64,000 nt of DNA from Histomonas meleagridis 2922-C6/04-290x (taxonomy: Eukaryota > Protista > Parabasalia): NCBI GenBank assembly GCA_020184695.1, contig JAANOX010000081.1, positions 62,001-126,000 on the forward strand, written 5' to 3'. The notes beneath the pieces were generated by a model that searched no databases, was not told the DNA's origin, and saw only the letters and a program-made list of their open reading frames with translations. A program made the position numbers and the translations under genes. Positions 52,174 through 63,400 of the stretch are shown here, one piece after another. Position 1 is the first letter of the stretch; each line of letters begins with the position of its first letter.

Positions 52174-54564
52174 TTATATGTCGAAATATTCCATTGAGCT
52201 TTCCGATGATAGTCTGCATTGTTCTTGTATATTCGCCAATGCAGTACTTGCGCATTGATAATTTTGTTCGAGTATTTCAGTTGCATTAATTTCCTGTATT
52301 ATGTCATATTCAATTAACGCGGGCATTGCTTCCAAATAATTACTAATTAGCGCATAATAACTCAAAGCGCAATATTGAAGTGCAGACTTCGTTTTCAAAT
52401 GTTTAATTGATGGCTCCATCAATAACAAATATTCATTTGAGAATGCAACTCTTCCAAGTTGATCTATTAAAACGTAAGCATTTAAGTAATATTTATCTTC
52501 ATTCAATTTTATAACCGCATTCAAGTACTTATTCAAAAACATTGAATTTTCCATCAAATAAACGGTGTCCTCTGTGATTTCCAGTTTTTGAATTATATTG
52601 AATAGAATGATGAGCACTTTTTGATTATCTTCTGAAATCAAATCCGTAAACAATTCAAATGCATTTGTTAATTCTGGTATAAAAACGCAAAATGAATTGT
52701 TTTTCATTAATAACAAAAAAGCTTGAAATCTATACTCAATGTTAATCGTGTTATTAGTCAAGAAATTATTCAAAAACTCAGTAAAACTTTCATCAATATC
52801 TTCGCTTTGACATTGATGAAGAAATGCGACAATTGCAAAATTTGATTTTTCATAATTATTAAATACTTCTTTCATTAACTCGATTGTTAATTTATCAGGA
52901 AAAGATATTATTAAGAACTTAATTGCGAAATCACGTTTTGATTCATCTTTAATATGTTCCAATAAAATTGCATTTGGAACTTTAATTTGATAATTATTTA
53001 ATGCGTATAAAGTTGAATAAGTTGTTTCAACGAGTTCAAATGACTGAGAACTTAAACATTGAACAAAAATGTTTAAACAATATTGTCCACGACTTTTATA
53101 AAACCACGGGAAAGTTTGTATCAATTTATATAAAGTTTGTATTAATACTCTTCCAGCACCATTTTTGATGAATATTTCCGAGCGCATTATTAACAAATCA
53201 ATGATTTGTAATTGTATCGATGAAATCCCTTCTTCTGGTTCATCTAAATATATTGAGAAAAGTCGCAGAATTTTTAATGTTTTGATTCCGATTAATGAGC
53301 AAAGTGTTTGCATAAGTTCATTAGTAATACACGAACGACGATATTTGAAAATTGGAATTAATATTGACAATGAAATATCTTGTAATTCTTCCATTAGAAT
53401 TGGCAATTGTTTAATGTAATTCATTTCAATGAATAAATTTAAACATTTTTGATTTGATGTTATTAAACGAAGTAATTCAAATAACGCAATTTGAAGTATT
53501 TGTATCGATGATTCATTCATAAATAAATACATAACAGATTCAATAAATGGCTTGGACATATCATAATCAATGATTTTGGTATAAGACAAAATCTTTTGCG
53601 TGTCAAGTGATCGAAATAAATCAATAACATTATCAAAACCAATCTTTGGAATGTTATTCTTCCAACTATTATAAGTTTTGTTGATGGAATCAATGGTTTC
53701 AACTTTAGAGTTGTTGAATGAAACTTGCATAGTAAGAAACATCTCTAAGATTTTGTTGAAATCAGGCCGTTTTTCAGGATTTTGTTCCCAGCACTTTTTG
53801 ATCAACTTTTTCAATGAGGGAGGAGCCGTTTGAGGAATTGGAAGACGTTCTTCTTTTTTAAGGGCTTCAGAAATTTGTTCTCGGGCAATGCCTTCATATG
53901 GGATGGATTCTGTTTCTAATTCCCAAAGTAGAACACCAAATGAATAAACATCACTTTTCGTGGTATATGTATTAGACTTGAAAACTTCAGGAGCTATGTA
54001 TGCTGGATTATTGCTGATTAATGGTGGCGAAAGTTGTGGGTCAATGTCAAGTTGAATTGAAGATTCAAATTCATACAAATAGGCAATATTGTTATCATCA
54101 AAAATTATATTGTGAGAATCAATATCGTTATAAACAATGTTGTTTTGGTGGAGGTTGGAGATAGCATATGCTACACATGTGGCAATTGAATTTTTTTGAT
54201 CCCCAGTTATATTGTTTTGTTTTTTACCATGAAGTATTTGATGAAGAGACTTATCTGCAACGCACTTAAGCATGACCATATATGGCTGACGAGCAGTAAA
54301 TCCAACAAATGGGATAAGAAATGGGATATCATTTCTAGAGAGAATTTGAATAAATTTGCAATGCTCCTGAAGTGAATTCGAATTGTATTTCATTTCCCTA
54401 ACAATCAAAATTGAACCTGTTGATTTCTGTTTTCCGTACTTATAATTTACTGGAAGTGAATTTTTATTTTCATCAATATCTATGTCCCCTATATCAACAA
54501 CATAATCAAGAGACCTGATGATCAATTTTTGGAAGTGATTTTCTATTGTGATGTTTTGTTCCAT
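52174..54564 (-). CDS. TKL-family kinase-like protein (probable pseudokinase) with a C-terminal ARM/HEAT region
   Basis: YIAPEVF, KSDVYSFGVLLWEL and LIKKCWEQNPEKRPDF are retained. HRD is replaced by YND, DFG by EFE, and there is no GxGxxG. Confidence 0.8.
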   Translation of the reverse strand: MEQNITIENHFQKLIIRSLDYVVDIGDIDIDENKNSLPVNYKYGKQKSTGSILIVREMKYNSNSLQEHCKFIQILSRNDIPFLIPFVGFTARQPYMVMLKCVADKSLHQILHGKKQNNITGDQKNSIATCVAYAISNLHQNNIVYNDIDSHNIIFDDNNIAYLYEFESSIQLDIDPQLSPPLISNNPAYIAPEVFKSNTYTTKSDVYSFGVLLWELETESIPYEGIAREQISEALKKEERLPIPQTAPPSLKKLIKKCWEQNPEKRPDFNKILEMFLTMQVSFNNSKVETIDSINKTYNSWKNNIPKIGFDNVIDLFRSLDTQKILSYTKIIDYDMSKPFIESVMYLFMNESSIQILQIALFELLRLITSNQKCLNLFIEMNYIKQLPILMEELQDISLSILIPIFKYRRSCITNELMQTLCSLIGIKTLKILRLFSIYLDEPEEGISSIQLQIIDLLIMRSEIFIKNGAGRVLIQTLYKLIQTFPWFYKSRGQYCLNIFVQCLSSQSFELVETTYSTLYALNNYQIKVPNAILLEHIKDESKRDFAIKFLIISFPDKLTIELMKEVFNNYEKSNFAIVAFLHQCQSEDIDESFTEFLNNFLTNNTINIEYRFQAFLLLMKNNSFCVFIPELTNAFELFTDLISEDNQKVLIILFNIIQKLEITEDTVYLMENSMFLNKYLNAVIKLNEDKYYLNAYVLIDQLGRVAFSNEYLLLMEPSIKHLKTKSALQYCALSYYALISNYLEAMPALIEYDIIQEINATEILEQNYQCASTALANIQEQCRLSSESSMEYFDI

Positions 54565-54758
54565 TTATCAAGTCCTTTGGTATAGAAAATTGAATAAACC
54601 GTTAACTTTATTCAAATTCAATCGTGAGTAAACTTATTAAACTCAATATGTGATCTGACTCAGGCGGTTTGCTACACAAAAAATAAATTAACGGTCGCAT
54701 GGTCCCTTTCTCGCATTTTTGTTCAAAACAAAAAGATTTATAAAACTTTATGATAATA

Positions 54759-56014
54759 TAGTGGGAGACACGTCGGTTGAACTCTTTTTTTTTTCAAAAA
54801 GCTATTTTTCGATATGTTTACATATATTTTCACAACTTTACATTCCTTTCAAAAATTCAAAAGATATGTCTCATTCAAATCAAAATGGTTTTATTGATAA
54901 TCATTGAAAAAGTTATTCTGGATCTCCATAAAGTCTAAAAATCGTTCGATCTGGGGTGGCATTTACAATTCTCAGCCTCTTTGAAATACTCATGACAAGT
55001 CCGTTTATCGTCTGCCATTGGAGGGCTTCCCAAACATCCTTTACAATTTTTACCAAATCATTAATGGTTTTGGGCTGAAGTGCTTCTACTCTGGTTTCCA
55101 TAATTGCCCAGACTACTTCAATAATGTTCAAGTCTGGGCTATATGGAGGCCAATCTTTCAAAATATTTATCTCCAATTCATTTAAAACGCACATTGTTTC
55201 TTTGGAGATATGAGGACGAGCATTGTCCTGCATGTGTGTCCATTCGCCGATCCCGTACTTTTTATCTGCTTCTTCAATTAAATTAGAACCGAAAATTATT
55301 TGTTCAATATAATCCTCTGAGTTCAGTGTTCCTTCAATGATTACCAAGTCCGTTTTAAATTGATATCCAATGCCACCCCATATCATAATTTTTGGTGAAT
55401 GCGATTTTTGATTCGATAATTCTTCATTGGTTATATGAGTTTTGTCAACCCAAACCCAGCGTTTATTTCGTCCCAAAATAAACCACGATTCATCAGTAAA
55501 CACAGTTTTCAAAAAATTTGTACTATTTTCAATATGAAATTTTGTAAATTCATATCTTTTCTGAGCTGCAGCTGGTGTGATATATACAGATCGAATTGGT
55601 GGTCTGTAAATTAGACCATTTTCCCTCCTATGCCTATTCACAGTTCTACCTGAAATTTTCAATCCAAAAAATTCATATAATTCATGAGCTAATTTTTCAC
55701 CAGATATATGAGGATCTTCAATTGTTCTGCAGTGAATGTACACCGAATGAACATCTTTGATTTTTTTTCTCATAAATTCTTTGCGTTGGCATTAGATTTG
55801 ATAATGAATTATATATTGTATTTTTGAAAATATCTAAAACTTTTTGACTCAGGTTTATATTCCCACCCAGCGTAATGTAAACGTGTCTGATGTATGCGTA
55901 TCTTTGCGCAATAGTAATAGATTTTAAAAAACTTTTCATTTGACAAATGCCGTTTATTAATTTGTTTCATACAAACAGTGATTTTGTGAGGTTCAACCGC
56001 AAAGTCTTCCACCA
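54759..56014 (-). mobile_element. Tc1/IS630-type DNA transposon (~1.26 kb) with imperfect TIRs and a TA target duplication
   Basis: Left TA|TAGTGGGAGACACGTCGGTTGAAC versus reverse-complemented right TA|TGGTGGAAGACTTTGCGGTTGAAC. It contains the transposase. Confidence 0.8.
54913..55970 (-). pseudogene. Tc1-like DD35E transposase, N-terminus frameshifted
   Basis: VFTDESWF, IMIWGGIG, MQDNARPH and WPPYSPDLNIIE (35 residues between the second D and E). The N-terminal HTH region is spread over frames, with one shift at an A8 run (~55761-55768). Confidence 0.9.
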
Positions 56015-56016
56015 TA

Positions 56017-58110
56017 CAAACAGATGAAAACAAAGAAAATAAACTCAATCATAAGGAATTGGAAACACTTTTGTCCTTTGAACAAAATATTTTTAAATTA
56101 AGTAAACAAATCGTTTCGCAAACAGCAAATTTAATATTAAGCAAATTTGATGCTATCCATCCAATATCTTTTAATATAATTTTATGCCATATGGTACAGA
56201 CATTCCTTTGTGTTAGAATAAATGAATTTGATATATATTTGAATTTTATACAAGAAATTGAAGCATTAGAGGAAAAAAATCATATTTCATCCAAAATTTT
56301 AAATATATTTACAAAACCTATTTTTAATAAAAATACACAAGAAGTTCGTTATTTTATCGAGAAAATGATTGAAAAAAAATTAATTGATCCAGATATTACA
56401 AAAAAAATTAATTCTCTATATTTTGCTCATTACAAAAATAATGATACCAAGATAAGCATGAATTCAAATGAAAGAAATTTTTTCGAAAATAATAAAGAGC
56501 TTTCAAAAAATAATTGGGAAATTCATAAGAAATTAATTAAAGAAGGAAATAATCCAAATGAAATATCAAAAATAATTAGAAATGATGAAATAGAAAAACT
56601 TCAAGAAATATCATCACAAAAAGATTTTGATTTTAATCAAATAATTGAGCCATCACTTTATGAAAGATGTTCATTTATTAATCGAAGAAATGTTTCATTA
56701 ATTGATTATGCAGCATTTTTTTCATCAGTCAAATGTTTTAAATATTTACTTATGAATGGTGCAAATGTAGAAAACACAGGTAAATATACAATTGCAGGTG
56801 GAAATGAAGAAATTATTCATTTATGTGAACAAAATCATTCATCATTTAATGGCGCATCTAAAACAGCAATTATGTTTCACCGAAATGATATTTTTAAATA
56901 TATTTATGAAAATAGAATTGAAAAAAAAATTAAATTGGAAAAATTAGGGAAAAAATGCGTTATTTATCACAATTATGAAATTTTAACATTTTTATTCAAA
57001 GAAGGAATGAAAATTAATGATGATATTATTAATAAAGCAGCAATAATTGGAAATATATTTCTTGTTAAATATTTTCTTGAATCTAATCAAATACCAAATG
57101 ATATTTTAGTTTTCTCTTCGGAATCAGGAAATATTGAACTTGTCGAATATATTTTAGAACAAAAAGGAATTGATATTAATGTTAAAAATAATATTTGCTT
57201 GAAGAATTGGTCATAATAAAATAGTTGAATTACTTCTTGAACAAAAAGGAATTGATATTAATGCCAAAGATATTTAATAATTTTATTTGATATTAATTGT
57301 AATAATTTGCGATTTAAAAATAACATTTGAAAATTGTTCTTAATATTTGAAACAGCTCTAATAAAAGCATCTGAGATTGGTTACAATGAAATTGTTAAAT
57401 TACTTCTTGAACAAAAAGGAATTGATATTAATGCTAAAAATATTTATTTATTTTATTTTTTATTTATTTTAATAATTTTGGATTTCAAAATAATATTTGG
57501 AAATTGTTTAAATTATTTAATACAGCACTTATATTTGCATCTTCAAATGGTCATATAGAAATAGTTAAATTACTTCTTGAGCAAGAAGGAATTGATGTTA
57601 ATGCCGAAGATATTTAATAATTTTATTTGATATTTATTGTACTAATTTTTTGTTTTGAAATAATATTTGGAAACTATTTAGGTTATTTAGTACAGCACTT
57701 GGTAGTGCAGCAATCAGAGGATATTCCAAATTAGTTGAATTGTTTCTTGAACATGAAGATATTAATATTAACGCTAAAAATAAAGTTTATTTTATTAATT
57801 TGATATTTCCAAATAAAATTTGGAAATTATTTAAATTATTTAACACAGCACTTATTTTAGCATCTTCAAGAGGTTATACAAAAATAGTTAAATTACTTCT
57901 TGAACATAAAGAAATTGATATCACTGCTAATAATGCCAAATTATTTTGTTTGATATTTATTTTATTTATTTAAAATTTTAAAATAATATTTGGAAACGAT
58001 TAAAATTATTTAAAACAGCACTTATAATTGCATCTGAAAATGGTCATGCAGAAACGGCCAAGTTACTTCTTGAACAAATTGCATTATTAATAATGCAAAA
58101 GATATATATT
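56017..58110 (+). pseudogene. DUF3447-type ankyrin gene (locus 4), separated from its ATG by the Tc1 element and followed by spacer-separated ankyrin blocks
   Basis: ORF 56059-57216 has no ATG. Blocks start at 57352, 57522, 57692, 57845 and 58015 (170, 170, 153, 170). The first block is partly deleted and the last is frameshifted. Confidence 0.8.
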
Positions 58111-58340
58111 TATTTAGTTTAGTTTTTCTTTATATAATTTCAATTTTATTTTAACAATTTCGAAATTTAAAGTAATATTTAAAATCAATTTAGCACTAAA
58201 CTTTCAAATTTCGTACGCGAATCATATCTAAGTTTGGCAAAATATTACACAGTATGTTAATATGTTTTACACATGAATTCATTCACAATAAAACAAAACT
58301 AAATAAAATGTGGAACTTGATTTTATAATAAATTAATTTC

Positions 58341-60143
58341 TTACTCGATTACGAAGTATGTTCCATTTTGTTTCTGTGTACGATCCTTAACAGAATTATA
58401 TTTGTTAATTCTTGGACGATGTGTCGTTGGGTCTGATCTCAATGTGACTTCCATTTGCCTCAAGAAGTAGTTCATACCCTTCACCAGTGATTGCGGCTCT
58501 CTTGCGATAGTCGAAACGCCTGGCTGACCATCGAACACGAGAACTCTATTCGCCAAATAAGTGGCCATGACAAAGTCGTGCTCGACAACAAACGCAGTCT
58601 TACCTGTGTTCATTATATATCTTTTGATGATCTTCGCAATGACAACACGTTGTTCAGCATCCAAATAAGCTGATGGCTCATCGATTAAATACAAATCTGC
58701 GTTAGCTCCTAATGCTAATGCAATGGCAACACGCTGTAATTCACCTCCGGATAACTTCTTCACTTTACGATCCATTAAATATTCTAAGTTTAATGGCATC
58801 ATAACCATCTCCTTAAATAAGTTTTGGCTCATGGCTTGTAAGATTTTGGCTGTTAATAATTGTTCAACTGTGCCTTCGAAACGTGGCTGAATCTTTTGTG
58901 GCTTGTACGAAACGGAAAGTTCCGGAACTTCAAAGTCCATTTCATCTGGCACTTTTTGGCGGGCTAACATTCGAATTAATGTTGTCTTACCAACACCATT
59001 ACGACCTAACAAGACAATGATTTCACCATTACGGAAGTTACCGCGGTCGACTTCTAAGGAGAAGTCACCTAATGTAAGTTTCATATGTGGATATGTAAAT
59101 TGATGAGACTCATTCTCCATCTGTGGAAGATCTTCATCATCAGTGATACGGAATACAAGTTCCTCTTTACGGAATCGCATGTTTTCGGTTGGAATATATC
59201 CGGCTAAGAATATGTTAATACCTTCACGAACTGTAAATGGTGCGGTAATGACTCCATAGGCACCAGGAGAGCCATATAAAACAGAGATGAAGTCACTCAT
59301 ATAATCAAGAATGGCAAGATCGTGCTCAATGGCTATGACATAATCAGCCTCGTTAAGACAATCTCGGATAACACGGGCTGCGCGCATACGTTGTCCAATA
59401 TCAAGATATGATGATGGTTCATCAAAGAAATATGCACCCGCCTTTTGAATGCAGATAAGTGCAATCGCAAAACGTTGAAGTTCTCCACCGGATAATTGTG
59501 GAAGATTACGTTCAAGAAGTGCGCCAAGTTCTAATTCTTCAATGACTTGTTTGGAATTACCACGGCTATCTTTGGCATTAAGCAAAACACCAACCTTTTG
59601 TTTGGAAACTTTGGCAATGTTATCGACATATTGTGGCTTAAGAATAACTCTCATTTGATCATTAATTAATTTGGTAAGATATGTTTGAATTTCACTTCCA
59701 CGGAATTTTTGGATAATTTCTGTCCAGTCTGGTTGCTTCTTTGGATCAAGGATACCAAGATTTGGACGAAGTTTATTTGCAATGATTTGAAGTGCTGTTG
59801 ACTTACCAATACCATTTTGACCAACTAAACCGAGAACTTGTTTATAACGTGGTTGAGGTAAACGGTGAAGTTTGAATCCGTTTCTTCCATAACGATGAAT
59901 CGTTTCTGAATCTAAAGAACGAGGAAGATTGATAATTTGAATAGCATGAAATGGGCATGCACGAACACATGCACCACAACCAATACATAATGTTTCAGAA
60001 ATCAAGGCAATTTTTTCAGTAACACGTATGCAGTCTTTACCAGAACGTACAATTGGGCAGTGTGTCTTGCATTCACGTTTGCATTTGCTAGGTTTGCACC
60101 TATCTTTATCAACAACAGCGAGACGGATGTTTTGGTCAGCCAT
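58341..60143 (-). CDS. ABCE1: ABCE1/RLI1 ribosome-recycling ATPase
   Basis: Fe-S motifs CKPSKCKRECKTHCP and CIGCGACVRACP, two NBDs (GQNGIGKS, GRNGVGKT, LSGGELQR twice). Start MADQ at 60143. Confidence 0.97.
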   Translation of the reverse strand: MADQNIRLAVVDKDRCKPSKCKRECKTHCPIVRSGKDCIRVTEKIALISETLCIGCGACVRACPFHAIQIINLPRSLDSETIHRYGRNGFKLHRLPQPRYKQVLGLVGQNGIGKSTALQIIANKLRPNLGILDPKKQPDWTEIIQKFRGSEIQTYLTKLINDQMRVILKPQYVDNIAKVSKQKVGVLLNAKDSRGNSKQVIEELELGALLERNLPQLSGGELQRFAIALICIQKAGAYFFDEPSSYLDIGQRMRAARVIRDCLNEADYVIAIEHDLAILDYMSDFISVLYGSPGAYGVITAPFTVREGINIFLAGYIPTENMRFRKEELVFRITDDEDLPQMENESHQFTYPHMKLTLGDFSLEVDRGNFRNGEIIVLLGRNGVGKTTLIRMLARQKVPDEMDFEVPELSVSYKPQKIQPRFEGTVEQLLTAKILQAMSQNLFKEMVMMPLNLEYLMDRKVKKLSGGELQRVAIALALGANADLYLIDEPSAYLDAEQRVVIAKIIKRYIMNTGKTAFVVEHDFVMATYLANRVLVFDGQPGVSTIAREPQSLVKGMNYFLRQMEVTLRSDPTTHRPRINKYNSVKDRTQKQNGTYFVIE

Positions 60144-60425
60144 TATGATTTTGGAAAATGGTCCGTGGCCATAAAAAGTGCCAATGATACTGAAGTAACG
60201 AAATTTCGTAAAAAGACAGAATGTTTTGAATAGTTTACATATTTTTTGAGGCATGCCTCAGTACTTACGTTTAATTTTATCACTTTCATTCTGTCTTCCA
60301 ATGTTAAGCAACAATTTTATACGATTATGATGATATTTATAGACTAAATATATCTTTAATGTTCTTTTTATAATAAAAACCAAATGTAATATTAACAAAT
60401 TTGATGCATAAAAATTTTTTATATA

Positions 60426-63400
60426 TTAAAGTTCATCTGAAAATTTACTTTTCATTGCTCTTTCTTCTATTTCTTGAGCTTCTTTATCTAATGAAGGCCA
60501 TTCTTTAATTCTTTCTTTTGCGATATCCAATTTTGGTCTTTTGGTTAATGGATTATTACATAAGTCAATTGTTTTAGCATTGTTCATTGTTTCGTCACTG
60601 CACCATGCTTCGCACCATAGCCAATTTTGTTCCAATGAAAAAATCGGAATTTTGTTTTGTGCGTAATTAGGTAAATCTTGATCCAAGTTAGCAAGTGAGT
60701 TTTTATCATTTGCCATTAATTGGTAATAAAATCTTAACCAATCACCGGCATTCGTTTTCCTAAATTGTATTAAATCAACTAAAAAAAGCGCTGAAATATG
60801 ATAACTTTTACCATTTAAATGTTTCTTCCAATAACCATTTTTCCAAAAACGAAAAGGTTCAGTTTCATTTCTAGAATCACAAAAAGGAGTAAAAGCATAA
60901 GGAGCATTATTAATGTTCATTTTCATTAAATCATTTAAATTAGTGCGAATAATTTGATCAGAATCAATATAAATTATTCGATTTAATGTCAATGGGAATA
61001 ACACATCGAGGAATAATATTTTATTTGCCCATGTAATTCGTTGTTTTTCTGTTTGATGTATTAACCAATAAGGCCAATGATATATAACTATCTCATATTC
61101 CATATTATATATTTCGGTCATTAAAGAAAGTGTTTTCTTAAATTTCGGTGATATAAAATTACCAAGTAACCAAAACTTTACTGTTAAATTCGTGTTTTTC
61201 ATGACAGATAACATCATAATTTTTGCAAGTCGTTCATAAAGATGACCAGAAGAAACCACAAAAACATGAATCTTATTATCATTCTCATTATTAATAATAT
61301 TCGAAATGTTTTTATCAAAATGATATAAATTTAATGAAATTTGTTTCCAAACAAATGATGCAACATTAATATAAGAATATTTTCCTAAAATTTCAAAATT
61401 ATTTGTCGCTTTAACCCGAAATGTTCCTGGATTAGCTTTTAATTGCCAATATCCTTTATTTCTCATAATGATTGTATCCGATATAATTTTATCATTTTCT
61501 AATAAAGCTAATTGTGCGCCAACACTTTCAATATTATGTCCTTCGATAATAATATTAGAAAGTAAATATTCGGCATTGTATGTACCATCACATAAATCTT
61601 TCGAAAAAATATTATCAAGATCAATTTCAGCATTATGTTGTTCTATTAACCAAGTCTCAGGTATATCAGGTATTAAACTATAAATAATTGATTCATTTAA
61701 ATAAGAAAACACACAATTATTATTTATGTTATATCTGTAAAATGAATTTGGAATATTTGTTAATTCATTCGAAGGATTAAGTAAAATTTTATATGAAAAT
61801 AAATTGATGTTTTCAACATATGATAAAAATCCAATTACTTTTTGGAATTCTTTCGAAAAAGGATCCAAAACACATTCGATAGATATTGGTGAATTTTTAT
61901 TTTCATTAAATAAAACACATGGATTATCTATATCAAATACATTTGGATGGAAATGTTTACGTTTTATATTATTAATTTCGAAACTTAAATTTAATATTAT
62001 CCAAAACAAACATAAATCTTTTCGATCACGTTCATTTATATCTTTAGTAAATAACAATGTTCGTGATGTAGAAAAATAAGAAATAATTTGTGATGATATA
62101 CTTTGTAATTCAATAAGTTGATCAAAATCTTCAAAATTGGATTTAATTGGGAAAATTTTTCCATTTATAATTAATAACGCATCATAATCATTATTTATAA
62201 TTTGTTTATTTGGAATTATATAATTTATATTATCTAAAAATGAAATACGAATTGGAATTTTATAATTATCATTAAAATAATTTTTAAGTTTTGTTTCAAT
62301 GATTTCTTTGTTACGTAACGAATATAACCAAATAGTTGATAATGGAAACTCTTTATCTTCATAAATATATTTAATAGATTTTAACATTTCACAAAATTCT
62401 TTTTGTTTTTTTTGATTTTCTTTAATTAAATTTATTGCAATTGGTGAGTTTTCATTTAGATCAAAAACTTTTTTAGTAAATGTTTTACTATAACTAAAAA
62501 TAGTATCTAAAACATCACCATTAAATTGTGGATTTAAAAACTCACGAAGAAAACTTACAAATTCCATAGCATAATACTCAATCGATTCAAGTGATTCATA
62601 GCCTTCATAAAGATTTCCATTTACCCATAATGATGGCGATTTAAAACCAGTTTTGTTATACCACTCAATTTGTTTTTCTAAAGAATTCGGTATATACTCA
62701 TTCCATTTCTTTTGTGTTATTTCTTCATAAGTTTCAGAAAAACATTCCTCTATATCATTACTATAATCCTTAGATGAGATTTTAGAAAGAAGTGAACTTA
62801 ACGACTTCACTTCATTTATGAAACCGTTTATTTTAACGGATTTTTGATTTGATGAATTTGGAGACAAAATGACTCCAAATCTTGCAGCAAAACCTTTTGT
62901 AATTAGCTTATAAACAGATATTAAAGAATCTAAATCACCTTTTAATGATGGGTCAATGATTAAAATAATATTAATAAGATTTTTTCGGATTTTTGGCGGA
63001 TTTTTTAAAACACCAAAAAGTGAAGTGAGTTTATGCTGCCACTTTTTGTAACCTTTGTCTTTTTCGAGATTATTAAGCCAAATAATTGGACCATCACGAA
63101 TATCATAGACTGGTTTAGGATTACTAAATTCTAATTGGGTAAGAAAATCAATTGATGCATTAGATAAATGAAAATTCTCTTCTAAAGTTTTTCGTAACGT
63201 TATCTCTTCATGTAATATAGTTGCAAATGTGAAAGGATCAAATGTTTCAATGGGAATTAAACGGCCATTCATAGCAAAAGCATTTTCTCCTGCTTGGATT
63301 TGATCATTATTAAATTCATCAATTTCAGCTTCAAGATCATAATCAATTTCTGTGTTAGAAACAACAGAAGCAGACACAGGCCAGTTATGTGAAATGTTTC

